A DNA stretch of 62,621 nucleotides, counting the filler, from Chiloscyllium plagiosum (lineage: Eukaryota), in the NCBI RefSeq assembly GCF_004010195.1. It is 3 parts of one record of this genome, joined end to end, with 100 filler letters (N's around TTAATTAATTAA, not from the genome) between each part and the next. Parts side by side here need not be neighbours in the genome. Positions count along the whole stretch, not along the records: positions 24,596 to 49,712 come from NC_057713.1; 2 more parts are not named here. The stretch is one strand, 5' to 3'. Within the stretch, counting starts at the first letter, position 1. Each line of letters begins with the position of its first letter. The translations under genes were made by a program, and so were the position numbers. Of the stretch, positions 27,389-40,568 are shown in pieces. The notes under the pieces are model-generated. The model saw only the letters and a program-made list of their open reading frames with translations. It did not search any database and was not told the DNA's origin.

Positions 27389-29762
27389 CGAGCTTTCTCC
27401 AGAGCTACACCTCTCTGAGGATGAAAGATCAGACCTCGGCAGAGGCCTCGCCTTCATTCCCCTATGCTCTCGGATTAACGAGTTCAACACGCAACGAGAC
27501 ATTGAACAATTCTTCCGCCGCCTTCGCTTTCGCGCCTACTTCTTCAACCAGGATTCTCGCCCACCCTCTGACGACCTCTTCTCCCGCCTCCTACACACCC
27601 CATCCACCTGGACACCCCGTGCTAACCTCTTACCTGCCCTCGATCTCTTCATAGCCAAGTGCCGCCACGACATTAACCGCCTCAACCTCTCCACCCCTCT
27701 CACCCACTCCAACCTCTCACCCTCGCAACATGCAGCCCTCCACTCCCTCCATTCCAACCCCAACCTCACTATCAAACCGGCAGACAAGGGAGGCGCGGTA
27801 GTAGTTTGGCGCACCGACTTTTACACCGAGGCTAAACGCCAGCTTGCGGACACCTCCTCCTTCTGCCCCCTTGACCATGACCCCACTTCCCACCACCAAA
27901 CCATCATCTCCCAGACCATCCATAACCTCATCACCTCAGGGGATCTCCCATCCACCGCCTCCAACCTCAAAGTCCCACAACCCTGCACCGCCCGTTTCTA
28001 CCTCCTGCCCAAAATCCTCAAACCTGACTGCCCCGGACGACCCATTGTCTCAGCCTGCTCCTGCCACACCGAACTTATCTCTGCATACCTCGACACGGTC
28101 CTGTCCCCCTTAGTCCAAGAACTCCCCACCTACGTTCGGGACTCCACCCATGCCCTCCACCTCCTCCATGATTTTTGTTTCCCCGGTCCCCAACGCCTTA
28201 TCTTCACCATGGACATCAAGTCCTTGTACACCTCCATCCCGCATCACGAAGGTATCAAATCCCTCCGCTTCTTCCTTTCCCGAAGTACCAACCAGTACCC
28301 TTCCACTGACACCCTCCTTTGACTGACTGAGCTGGTCCTCTGAACAACTTCTCTTTCGAATCCTCCCACTTCCTCCAAACCAAAGGAGTAGCCATGGGCA
28401 CCGCATGGGCCCCAGCTATGCCTGCCTCTTTGTAGGATATGTGGAACAGTCCATCTTCTGCAGCTACACTGGCACCACCCCTCACCTTTTCCTCCGCTAC
28501 ATTGATGACTGTATTGGTGCTGCCTCGTGCTCCCACAAGGAGGTTGAACAGTTCATTCACTTTACCAACACCTTCCACCCCAACCTCAAATTTACCTGGA
28601 CCGTCTCAGACTCCTCCCTCCCCTTCTTAGACCTCTCCATTTCTATCTTGGGCGACCGAATCAACACGGACATTTACTATAAACCGACCAACCGACAGCT
28701 ACCTAAACTACATCTCCTCCCACTCTGCCCCCTGTAAAAACACCATCCCATATTCCCAATTCCTTCGTCTCCGCCACATCTGCTCCCAGCAGGACCAGTT
28801 CCAATACCGTACAACCCAGATGGTCTCCTTCTTCAAAGACCGCAACTCCCCCCCAGAGGTGGTCGGCGATGGTCTCCACTCCATCTCCTCCACTTCCCGC
28901 TCCTCCCCCCTTGAGCCCCGCCCCTCCAATCGCCACCAGGACAGAACCCCACTGGTCCTCACCTACCACCCCACCAACCTCCATATACATTGTATCATCC
29001 GTCGTCATTTCCGCCACCTCCAAACGGACCCCACCACCAGGGATATATTTCCCTCCCCTCCCCTATCAGCGTTCCGAAAAGACCACTCCCTCCGTGACTC
29101 CCTTGTCAGGTCCACATGCCCCATCAACCCAACCTCCACTTCCGGCACCTTCCCTTGCAACCGCAAGAAATGCAAAACTATCCAAGTCATTACTGTATAC
29201 CATATGCAGGAAAGACCCCAATGTAAGCCCTGTGGAATCCCTCTGGAAACAGACAACCAATCCCATAAACACCCCTCTACTACTATCATCTGCTTCCTGT
29301 CTCTCAGCCAGTTTTGGATCCAATATGCCACTTTGCCCTTATTGAGCAGACTGCCATGAGGGACCTTGTCAAAACTCTTCCTAAAGTTCATGTGCACCAC
29401 ATCAAATGCATTACTCTCATTGACACTCCTTGTTAGCCCACCTCAAAAAGTTTGATCAAACTCAGCACCACCTTCCTAACCTGCAATCTCCTTCCTGACC
29501 TCTCCGTCCCCACCCCCACTCTGGCCTATCACCCTCACCTTAACCTCCTTACACCTATCACATTTCCAAAGCTCCTCCCCCAAGTCCCGCCTCCCTAACT
29601 TTTATCTTAGCCTGCTTGGCACACTTTCTTCATTCCTGAAGAAGGGCTCATGCCTGAAACATCGATTCTCCTGCTCCTTGGATGCTGCCTGACCTGCTGC
29701 GCTTTTCCAGCAACACATTTTCAGCTCTGATCTCCAGCATCTGCAGTCCTCACTTTCTCCTA
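27389..29762 (+). mobile_element. Penelope-like element (RT), GIY-YIG region replaced by a CR1 fragment, with 3' pseudo-LTR
   Basis: ORFs 27378-28322, 28405-28737 and 28820+: IKPADKGGAVVV, FYLLPK, GRPIVS, MDIKSLYTSIP, GVAMG/MGPSYA, RYIDD, PFLD. A minus-strand CR1 RT piece lies at about 29180-29465. Pseudo-LTR about 29480-29762 has a degenerate hammerhead. Confidence 0.9.
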
Positions 29763-29924
29763 GAGCTTTCCACAGGGCCAAGTTCGCCTGCCATTTGAAT
29801 CTTATTAATAATATCATTCTTATCAACTATTGACAATAATATAGAAACTGATTACACAACGTTACCCACTGATCACCAAGCTCAGATCTCTCATTCCCGC
29901 TCTCTATTCCTAGCAGATTTCCCC

Positions 29925-30122
29925 CCCAAGCCATGGGGTGGTTGGGTTGGTTGGTCCGGGTGTCCCAGAGGTATTCTCTGAAACGTTCTGCAAGTAGGCG
30001 GCCTGTCTCCCCAATATAGAGGATACCACATCGGGTGCAGCGGATGCAGTAAATGATGTGTGTGGAGGTGCAGGTGAATTTTTGGCGGATATGGAAGGAT
30101 CCCTTGGGGCCTTGGAGGGAAG
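29925..30122 (-). mobile_element. Penelope GIY-YIG endonuclease fragment
   Basis: Minus strand FTCTSTHIIYCIRCTRCGILYIGETGR..RF.E. Confidence 0.8.
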
Positions 30123-30304
30123 TATATTTCTCTAGACATTATTCACTCGGTGCTATTCACCGCTAATATTCTTTCTTGGTAAAACTCTTTGCGAGGACTT
30201 CAGTCCCAGGACTCCACTTCAGGTCCTCCTCTCAGAGCCAGTCGTAACACAAAGCTAGATGAAAAGGTGAACTGAGAGGAGATAGCAGATGCAGTATAAC
30301 ATAG

Positions 30305-30585
30305 ATAAGATTCCCTACAGAGTGGAAACAGGTCCTTTGGCCCAACCAGTCCACACCAACCCTCTGAAGAGTAACCCACGCAGACCCATTTCCCTCTGGC
30401 TAATGCACCTAACACTATTTAGCATGGCCAATTTACCTGATCTGCACATCTTTGGACTGTGGGAGGAAACTTACACAAACACAGCTATAATGTGCCAACT
30501 CCACACAGACAGTCGCCTGAGACTGGAATTGAACCTGGGACCCTGGTGCTGTGAGGCAGCAGTGCTAACCACTGAGCCACCATTC
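30305..30585 (-). mobile_element. HE1 SINE
   Basis: Reverse complement of the HE1 body. Confidence 0.85.
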
Positions 30586-30889
30586 CACCCAATGTGACGT
30601 TATCCACATTAGAAGCAAACATAGAAAGGCAGATTATTACTTGAATGTCTGTAAATTGAGAGAGGGGAATGTCAATGAGACCTGGTGTCCTTGTGCACCA
30701 GCCACAGAAAGTCACACGTAGTTTTGCTGACAGTAAAGAAGGCAAACTACATGCTGGCTTTCATTGCAAGACGAAACATCACACAACACCTGTTTATTGT
30801 CTGACAGGTTTATTTGAAAGTACAAGCTTTTGAAGCGCTGCACCTTCGACAGGTAATCAGCAGTGAAGTAGGTGATCAGAAATAGCAGC

Positions 30890-32045
30890 AGGACCTTGAT
30901 CAGCTTGGGAAGTTGCCTGAGAAATGGCAAATGGACTTTAATATAGTTAAGTGTGCATCTTGGAAAGTCAAATCAAGGCAGGAGTTTCATGGTGAATAGT
31001 AGGGCCTGAAGGAGTGTGGTGGAACAGAGGAACCTTGGAATTCAAGTGCATGGTTCACTGAAAGTGGAGTTACAGGTAGACAGGGCTGAAGAAGGCTTTT
31101 GGCACACTGCCCTTCATCAGTCAGGGTATTGAGTGTAGAAGTTGGGACGTTATGTTGCAGTTGTAAAGAATGTTGGTTGAGGCCGCATACTTGGAGTATT
31201 GTGTTCAATTTTGATCAACTTGTTAGAGGAAGGATGGTACTAAACTGGAAAGACTGCAGAAGACTGCAGGGTGGCACAGTGGCTTAGAGGTGGCACAGTG
31301 GCTCAACGGTTGGAACTGCTGCCTCACAGCGCCAGGGGCCCAGGTTCAATTCCAGCCTCAAGCTCCTCTGTGTGGAGTTTGCACATTCTCCTTATGTCTG
31401 CATGGGTTTCCTCCCACAATGTGCAAAATGTGTAGGTTCAATGAATTGGCCATGCTAAATTGACCATAGCATTCAGGGACATGTTGGTTAGGTGCATTAG
31501 TCAGGGGTAAAAGTAGGGGAATGGGTCTGGGTGGGTTAATCTTTGGAGGGTTGGTGTGGTCTTGTTTGGCACACTGTTTCCACGCTGTAGGGCTTCTATG
31601 ATCCTATGATTTCAATGGTCTGAGTTATAGGGAGAGGTTGGACAAGCTAGAACTTCTTTCTTTAGAGCGCAGGAGACTGAAGAGGGACTTTATAGAAGTG
31701 TATAAGATCATGAGAGGTATGGATAGGGTGAATGCACTTAGTCTTTTCCCCAGGATTGGAGAATCGAGGACTAGAAGGCATTGGTTTAATGTTAGAGATG
31801 AAAGAATAAAAGGGAACCTGAGGGGCAACCTTTTTACACAGAAGGTGGTACACACATGGAAGTGGTTAAGACTGATACATTAACAACATGTAAAAGGCAT
31901 TTGGACAAATATATGGATAGGAAAGGTTTAGAAGGATATGGGCCAAGTGCAGGGAAATGAAATTAGCATTGATGGACATTTTGGTTGTCATGGACCAGTT
32001 TTGGGCCAAATGGCCTGTTTCCATGCTGTAGGACTGTATGACTCT
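30890..32045 (+). mobile_element. 5'-truncated CR1 with nested HE1 SINE (about 31269-31610)
   Basis: RT C-terminus (LERRRLKRDFIEVYKIM) and CR1 3' UTR ending TGACTCTA. Confidence 0.8.
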
Positions 32046-33164
32046 ACGGGTGTATACTCTGCATTTATTTAAAATGCAAAGGCAAATGTACTGCAAGAAA
32101 AATAGTAAATGCAATAATCAAGAAAATTGACACAGTTAATCATTCAGAGAATTGTAGTACTTTAAATCCTAAGTATTTACTTGATTTACAATAAAAGAAC
32201 CTTATCCCACTAATACACACAGAAAACAACAGTTTAATTACAAAGTCTTTCATCAGAATTCCTACCCTGGGGTCCCAATGCACTGTCACCATCTGTCTTC
32301 CATTCTCTGCTAGGTAGCTTGGAACTTTGGGATCTCGAGAGTTTAAGCTCACCACTGAGAAAATGCAGTTTTGAAATGTGCCTGGCTGTTCCTGCTTGCC
32401 CTACACTGAGCCTGGATGAAGCCTTCAGACTGCATAGGTTTTTCAGTTTCGGTTGAGCCTACTGATGCAGCAAGTGCATATTGGGTCTATTGGGTAATTA
32501 CCTGATTTTCCTTACTTTCTGCTAGTTTTGTGTGGCTGGTTTTCACTTTAGGATGTGTCTGAGGACTTGTGGCAACAGTTGAGTCGGTCGGTTGCAGAAT
32601 TGTCTGTCTTTGGTCCTGCTGGTCATGCACAGTTGACATTGGTTCTCTGGGATCAGAACAGGCCTCTCATTTTGGAAAGTCTCGGATTGTTCTCTCAGGT
32701 GAGATGGGGGCTGACAATTAAACTCATTGTGGGCATCTTATTTTTTGCACCAAACCCATGCTTTTCATTGTGTTTCTGGTGTTTCCTTCTGAAATTAATT
32801 GGTTTTCCAATTATTACGCTATGTATGAATGGCTTTTGATTGAGGTTGAATGTCTGGTCTGGCATCTCTGTAGGCCCCATACTATCTGCACTGTGTAGCC
32901 CGAAGTGTAAAAGCTGTCTCGGGCTAAGGTCTGTTGGTTTCAGTAGATTGTTCTTTTAGAGTGGAGGTGTAAATTGGGATTCCAGGCTGAACAATAGTCG
33001 TAGATAGTAATTCTATTCCCAGGCCTGCTGTCTGTGTATTTCTTACAGATCCATTCCAGCTTTTATTTTTGTTTTTAAAAGTTTTGGAAGTCCAGGACTC
33101 TGCCCGAAATCTAGGGGTTTGTCCAGATGTTTTAATATTGGAGATTTTCGCTTGATCTTACCAA

Positions 33165-33515
33165 ATTGAGGAGGAGAGATTTCATAGAGACCTATAAAAC
33201 TAGACAGGTTAGAAGCAAGAAGTATATTCCTGATAGTGGGGGATCTCAGAAACAGGAATCAAAATTTAAGGATAAGAGGACTAAGATGAGGAGAACTTTC
33301 TTCATCCAGAATGGTGAGCCTGTGGGAATTCACTACCATGGAAAGTGGTTGAGGCCAAAATATTATGTGTTTTCAAGAAGTCGATAGATATAGTTCTTGT
33401 GGCTAAAGGGATCAAGGGATATGGGGGCCAGTGGGATTAGAATATTGAACTCGGCAATCAACTATGATCAGATTGAATAACAGAGCAAGGCTTACTCCCG
33501 CTCCTTTCTTCTATG
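33165..33515 (+). mobile_element. CR1 3' fragment
   Basis: RRDFIETYK and CR1 3' UTR. Confidence 0.7.
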
Positions 33516-35349
33516 TATATAAATTTTAATAGCAAAATGAAAAGGCCAGGAAGGGACCAAGCCATGTCCTAGACAAATAGCAAGAGGCCATTCTACTTCT
33601 TTTCTTCAATTCCAGATGATAAGGCCTGCTGCTCTTCTGACTGGGGAAGGACTAGGGCTGCATCTTCAAAAGATGGGGCAAAGCTCTGGGGCAGGATGTC
33701 AAGATTCCCAAGATCCAAAATACTGCATAAAGAGGCCAGCACATCCCAACTTCAAATTGGAGAGGCCAATTCACTCCAGATCAAGGAAGCCAGGAGCTGC
33801 AATGCCTGTGAAGATGTTGAAACCTTGACCCTGGTAGGAATGCATAATGCCAACCAGATTGAACATTTTTCACAGGGTTGACCTAGATGGCTTCTTCCTG
33901 GTGACAAGTCAGAGGCTAGGAAATTTGCTTCAGACAACTCACTCCCAAATCCTTAATGGCTGTTCACCATCTACAAGGCACAAGTCAGAAGTGTGATGGA
34001 ATACTCCCCACCTGCCTCGATGTTTTCATCTCCAACAATACTCAATAAGTCCATACCATCCAGGATAAACATTCATTTGCTTGGCAACACATTCACAACC
34101 ATTCACTCCTCTACTGACACAAAATAGAAGCAATTATACACCATTTATAAGATGCACTGCAGAAATTAACCAAGGTTCCTTAGGGGGTACTAGAAAGCAA
34201 AGACAGTAGATACATGGGAACATTAATGCCTGCAAGTTCCCCTCCAAGCCTCTCACCATCCTGACTTGTAAACTTAGCACTGTTCCTTCAGTATCACTGG
34301 GTCAAAGTTCTAGAGCTCAAGAGCATTGTGAGTATATTAACACCAAATGGTGCAGCAGTTCAAGAATGAAGTTCACCACTGCCTTTTCAAAGGCAATCTG
34401 GAATGGGTAATAAATGCTGGCTAAGCTACTGAAGCCACACTCCATGAATGAAGTACAGGCTGAAGGACGATCAACTCAGTGGAAGAGGCTTCCCAAAGCC
34501 TGCTGGTCTTCCATCACAAAGGGTTGTCCTTGACCAAATGTTAAAGACTGACACATTCCAGTCAGTCAGACACATTCCAAGGTGGAGGTCTACATGCTGA
34601 AGCTTGTACTAAAGCTTGGTGCAGTTGCTGCAGAAGCATGGTGGGAAAAGATTGCTGTCTGAGACCTTTCACCTATAGTATACAATGAACTGGAAAATAT
34701 AGAACCTCTTGGGCTGTATTTTTGACAAGAAAGGTAGATAGTGAAGATAAAGTGTATTGCTCTCTTAATGAACAGAGAAGGTGATGGCCTGGTGGCATTA
34801 TCCTTGGACTGTTAATCCCAAGAATAAGGTAACGTTCTGGAGGCCTGATGTTGTAGGTAAAAATGTCTTATGTTTAAACTATGGTCTTGTGCCCTTCCAA
34901 GCCACACTAATCCATTTGTCAAGTAGGTGTACATGTCGAAGGCCCGTTCTTCTGTTCTTTCTCTAAATTTACACATATATCTTAAACTTTGCTTGTGGCT
35001 CATTCTAGACATTTGATATGCTCCTATGCAAATTTTGACCAAATTCAAAATTCTGTCTTAAGAACTCTTATAACAATAACTGTTTTCATAAGTTTTCACA
35101 ATTCCATTGATGCTACTAAATCTGCGCCCCCCCCCCACAAGTGGCTACCAGGCAAAGGGCCAGGGTGAGAATGAACAAAACGTTCCAAAGTCTAACAATC
35201 AGAGTTTTAAAATGATCCAAAGAGTATATTGCCCATGCGCAACAACCTGCACTCCTGGTCCACATCTCACAACTGCAAAGGATGTCCACAAGCCCAGAAA
35301 GGAATCAGTCTGAAAAGGAAATAGAGAGTGAGGATACCTGTCGGTGCCT

Positions 35350-38300
35350 ATATATTTCATCAACTGGGCCCAGTGTTTCCAGACCCCCTTCCCTCACACG
35401 TCAATACAAGCACATATATCACCACCATGATAACTTCATAGAGACCATTCCACTTAGGGGCAAAGCCATTTTTACCAGCTAGAGTCTTACTCGTAACTTT
35501 ACTACCCGCCAGTGGAACCTTGGGACAATCCTCTAATTGCCTCTGTTCATCTGTCCTTCCTGTTTATCCCTAACTGTTTTGCACACCTCCTTCAGCTGGG
35601 CGCTCAATTCGAACACATAGTTCTCGATTCGACATATTTTATCGTGGAGAGGGTCAACATCAGATCTCCCCATGATGATGGACTGGGGCAGTTGCATTGC
35701 CCTACCTGTTATTAACTCATAAAGGTCAAACCAGTCGACAGGTTTGAGGTCGACCTGAGTCTTATGAGTATCACAGGCAGGACCTTAGTCCAGTGTTTGC
35801 CAGAGTCCTGCATAGCCTTAGGAAGGGAGGTTTAAAGGGTCCTATTCATACGCTTCACCATGCCAGAGCTCTGTGATGTGGAATTTCAGTTTAATTCCCA
35901 TCAACTGGTGTATAGTTTTCACTATTCTTCCAGTGAAATGGGTCCCCTGGTCAGAATCAATCTGGAATGGCACCCGCCACCTCTTCGTTTTGGAATCACT
36001 TCCTCAACTAGAATCCTTGCAACAGTATTAGCAGAGCAGTTCCGAGTGGCGTAGGCTTCCATCCACCTGGTGAATTGGTCAATAATCACAAGGCAATAAA
36101 TTTTGCCATGTGACTGGGGAAGAGGTCCAGTAAAGTATATTTGTATATGCTCCCAGGGCCCCCTTGTGCCTGGCTGGTGCCCCATTCTAATTTTAACAGG
36201 CCTGCCAGGGTTGTGCTCGACACACGTCACACAGTGGTGACAAAATCAGGCAATATTTCTGCCCATGCCCTTCCACCACCATTCCTTCCCGATGCTGGTC
36301 ATCATGGTGTTGCGGCCCATAAGGGAAACGCCATGGTGTAAGTGCATGAGAGTAAGTTGGATGCATGCAGGGCCATAACCTTGTTGTTCAATCTTCAGAC
36401 ACCATTATCGTCTGGTGTGGCCCCCTGCGCCTTCTACCTGGCACACTCGACCTCAGGGATATCAGCATGCAGTTGGATAATACTTATGGTAGGGCCATCC
36501 TCAGCAAAGGTAGCCAACAAGGGATGGATGTCTTCTGTGTCTAGGCCTGATTGAGCAGCTTTGTCAGCAGTCTGGTTTCCCTTAAAAATGTGCCATTTGG
36601 GATTCTGCTTGTCCGGTTCCCTCTGATGGGCCATGACCTTCAACACCACTGCCTCCAATGGGAGCTCACTGGCTTCTAGTAAGATCTCTATTATCTGCCC
36701 ATGTTTGACAAGGGTGCCCCCCCCATGGTGACAAATCCCCGTCTTCGCCAAACAGTCATGTAATCGTGGACAATCCCAAACGCATATCTATTATCATGTA
36801 AATGTTCACCCCTTTCCCTGTCGCCTCCATGAAGGCTTGGATGAGGGCCACTGACTCTGCAACTTGAGCCAACAGCCTCCCTCTGTTCTACCAGTGTGGA
36901 TCACAAGTAGGTCCGCACTCACTACTGCCCAGCCTGTTCGTGGAGGGCCGTCAACATATTTCTGCAAGCCATCCATGAACAGGGTCTCATCACGTGCCTC
37001 CAAGGGCAGATACTTTATATGATGTTCCTCTAACTCATCATCAACATTCCCACATTCAAATGGCTCACCATCTCCCAACATTACTTCCTCTGGGTTTTAC
37101 AAGTATTCTGGACTACAGTAACCGAGTTAGTGGATGGCAAAAAACACAGCCTCCCAATTCACCCTTCTCATGTTAGACACAGAGTGTAACTTTCCCGTAT
37201 TGAGCGTCTCAACAAGGGTATCTTTAGTATGCAAACTGACATTCCCTGTCATCACAATGGGTTCACTGACCCTGCCAGCCCATGCAGCACAGTCTAAGGC
37301 AGCAATGCATCTGGGCAAGCCGTTAACAACGGATCCCTCCTCAGTGGGCAAGTACCCTATACGTTGGTGTTTGTTGCCATGGATCTGGGTTACCATTGCC
37401 GAGTAAAAGCCCCCATGCTGTTGCAGTAAATATGGAAATCCTTTCTCGTGTCAGGCCCCACTCCTGGGGCTGACATTAACTCCGCTTTCAGTTTCTAAAG
37501 AAGTCATCTTGTTCTGGTCCCCAGTCAATGGGGTCTGTCGCTGGTTCCCCCCTTTTACCAATCGTTGTATGGGTTTGACTAATTTGACAAACTCAGGGAT
37601 AAAATTCGTACAGTAATTTAACAAGCCCAAGACTTTTCTCACACTACGGACTGTCACAGATTGTGGCATTTGTGGTATGTGGTCTTCCTATCTACAGGCA
37701 TTTCTTTTGTGCCTTAGGAGATTAAATTTCTCAAGCAATGAGTTTTCTTCAGGCTGGCTTTTAACCCTCTGTCCTGCAGGTGTTTCAGTATAGTGCCTCC
37801 TGATGTCTCAGTTTGGACTCAGAAGCCAGTTGGATGTCATTAACACATTGGAGTATCATATTGCCATGGGACAGATCGATCTCCCTGAGAACCTCACTCA
37901 TTGCACAGTGAAAAATGACTGGGAAGTCTAGTCCACGTATATTGTTTATCCCTGACAGGAAATGCAAACTTATCTTGGGAATCACGATGGAGGGGGATAG
38001 ACCAGAATCCATTTGCAATATTGGACGGTGCTCAAGTGGCTCACGTAAGTCCCCATCTTTTTTTCCTTTTTTTTCATCAGGACGGGGCCAGATTAATTTA
38101 CCTTTCCCACAATCTATAAGGACTTCATTTTCCTTCATTAAATCATTTTCCATAATAGCTCCTTCATTATTTTTTACACACATAAAATTGCATCGTATAT
38201 ACAGACTATTGATTTCTATTAGAGTGGTCTCACTCAAGTACTCAGGAGTGTGTTGTCCATTAATCCCCTTCACATAAATCATCTTATTAGTTGTGGGCAG

Positions 38301-38420
38301 GGGTAGATTAGTAATAGATATGGGGGTTCCTGTATCCACTAGCATCTCACACTGTCTGCCCCCTACTAATGCAGACACATAAATCCTACCCTCCTTATTA
38401 CCTGTGCCTATGGGGCTGCC
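35350..38420 (-). pseudogene. pol: ERV pro-pol (degenerate)
   Basis: Protease LVDTG (38328-38336); RT remnant LQCVND; thumb LGLLNYCTNFIPEF; tether GLPRCIAA; RNase H LFMDG..GWAVV..KVMAHQ..KGNQTAD; integrase GPWEHIQI.FTGPLP..LVIIDQFTRW and C-terminal PKWNG.YEV..WKHW. Confidence 0.85.
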
Positions 38421-39603
38421 AGATGTCAGTTGGTTGTGTTCTGGGTAGTTGTTGTTTTGCCGTGTTTTCACCAACAAGTGTTTTCAGAGTGGCCCCTTGT
38501 GCCACAGTACTGACAGACAAACCTGAACATTGCATTGGAATGCTTTGCAGCCCTATACTCCCTGGTAAAGTGATCCATCTTGCTGTAATTTCAGCAAATG
38601 TGTTTTGATTTTTGTCTTTGTCACAGTGCCCACATTCTCTTGTTTTATTCGCATGGGGGATTTTTCTCCCATCCCTTTCTTAATGCCCAGTCAGAGTGGT
38701 GTGTCTGTTAGACTTTAAAGAGTTGCTTTCCATACTTGGAAGCGCCTCTCCTTTCTACTATTTAGTATTAGTTCTTTTTGCCCAGTTGTTGGGCGGTTTG
38801 CCGAATCCACACTGAATTTCAGCCTTAAATCTGCCAAAAGGGTCCTGTTGGTCCTCTATTTATACTCTCAGGAAAAATTGCCATGTTGGCCACAATTATA
38901 ATTGCTCAAAAAATTACATTAACCATATATAATCGAAACGGATACAAACACAGACTATATTTTCAAACACAGACTATATTTAATATTTTCAAATATTAAC
39001 ACATTTTCAGCTCTGATCTCCAGCATCTGCAGTCCTCACTTTCTCCTAGTATATTTTCAAATCACCATTGATATCCAAAATGTAGACTTAATTCAAAACA
39101 TTCCTGGATCTTGAGTTCCAAGGAACAAAAATGAATATTACACAAGACCACATGTGACCTCCAGCAAACAAAAGTACATTCAAAACAGACCACAAAGAGT
39201 TAACACTTGTTCAGTATTCGCAGAACCAAAAGCTGTTCTCTCTCTCTCTGCTCGATTGTAAGAGAAGGTCTCTCTCTCTCTATGCAGTTTCTTTTTTGTT
39301 TCTAATTTACTCAAAATTTCTGCCAATTGTTTTATGCAATCACAATTAAATGTGCCATCAGGTGGAAATGGCTTCTCAGTTCTTTGTGTCCATTTCACCC
39401 ATTTGTTGACAAAGTTTTGTTTTGGCATCACGGTGTGGACTTGTTGGGCCGAAGGGCCTGTTTCCACACTGTAAGTAATCTAATCTAATTTCACCCATTT
39501 GTTGACAAAGTTTTGTTTTGGCATCAGACCTGTAGTGAACATACATGTACACTAAACACGTTCCCTTCTGAGGATGCACCTTATGACAGATGTTGTTCCC
39601 CAT
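38420..39603 (-). pseudogene. gag: ERV gag (degenerate)
   Basis: Met-Gly start MGNNICHK at 39603. Matrix-like KWVKWT..PFPPDGTFN (cf. MLV WPRDGTFN). NC zinc knuckle CQYCGTRGHSENTC at 38515-38474. Confidence 0.75.
39431..39487 (+). mobile_element. 57-bp HE1/HER1 3' tail inserted in ERV gag
   Basis: SINE/LINE 3' end with TAATC repeats. Flanked by a perfect 39-bp direct repeat. Confidence 0.85.
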
Positions 39604-39870
39604 GCTTTCGACAACTATCTCTCTCACGTAAACAGTCCTTTAATTAGGATATTACAATTTACCAAGTTGACCAATTCACACAGAGAATTTCCCAAAATAT
39701 CCAATTTCTCAGAGGAGCATTTAATCCCTATTTCTCTAAGTCATGATTCTAAGATTCCTTTGTCCTCTGTCCACGCCTTTGTGGTTTCTAAGGTTTTGCC
39801 TCTAAGGCCAGTCAATTGCTGCACTAGAAGGACTCCAGTTTCCTTGGTCCTATCTTTCTTTTGTCCGAAG

Positions 39871-40568
39871 TGTTACAACATTGGGTAAACCCTCCTGCTT
39901 AATTTAAAACCAGCAACACAGGAAAGATTTATCCCGTGCAACAATCTGTAAAATTTGAGTGGCCAAGAACTATTTAAAGTAAAAATTAACAACTTTATTT
40001 CTTAAAGTATAATTAACTAACCACTATTTACAATTTCTTTCTTTAATCTATCTTTTAGCTTCTCTTCTATAATACTAGTCCGATAAAACTCCCAATTAAA
40101 ATTTACAAAACAACACTTTTATCTCAAAACCAGGCAGCTGTAGGTTCTTTGGATCTTCCTGTGTCTTCTTTTCTCCTTGTTAGGAATTTCCTTTTTACAG
40201 GTTACTGATCAAAATGTTACTTTTAATAGAGACCTATTTTCAAGCAGTCTCTAACACGCTGGGCTGTGGCAGTTCTCTTCTCAACTATTCAATTTTCCAT
40301 GATTTTATACCCCTAAATCATCAGATTGTGTCATTTGAAGATTGTCAATATACTAAATTCAAACTGGATTGGAGTTTGGTATTTTTTCAGGGTATAATGG
40401 AAACTGATTGGCCTAGTTTGAATCTGTTTTGCCGTGTCCAAGCAACCAGCTAATCAAGTTGTTTGACCAAATGTTATATTATATATTTTTTTCAGAACAC
40501 TTGGTTCTGTCAGGTCATTTTAGCTTTTAATTCTCTTAAGTGTACAGTACACCCACACCATCATAACA
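39871..40568 (-). repeat. Gypsy 3' LTR (about 698 bp)
   Basis: TGTTA...TAACA termini and adjacent polypurine tract. Homologous to 44851-45139. Confidence 0.85.

Noticed and set aside
32266..32354. Possible minus-strand exon (TTTTCTCAG...GTAGGA)
   Set aside because: Splice-like signals only, with no recognisable protein and no partner exons. Expected by chance in 60 kb.
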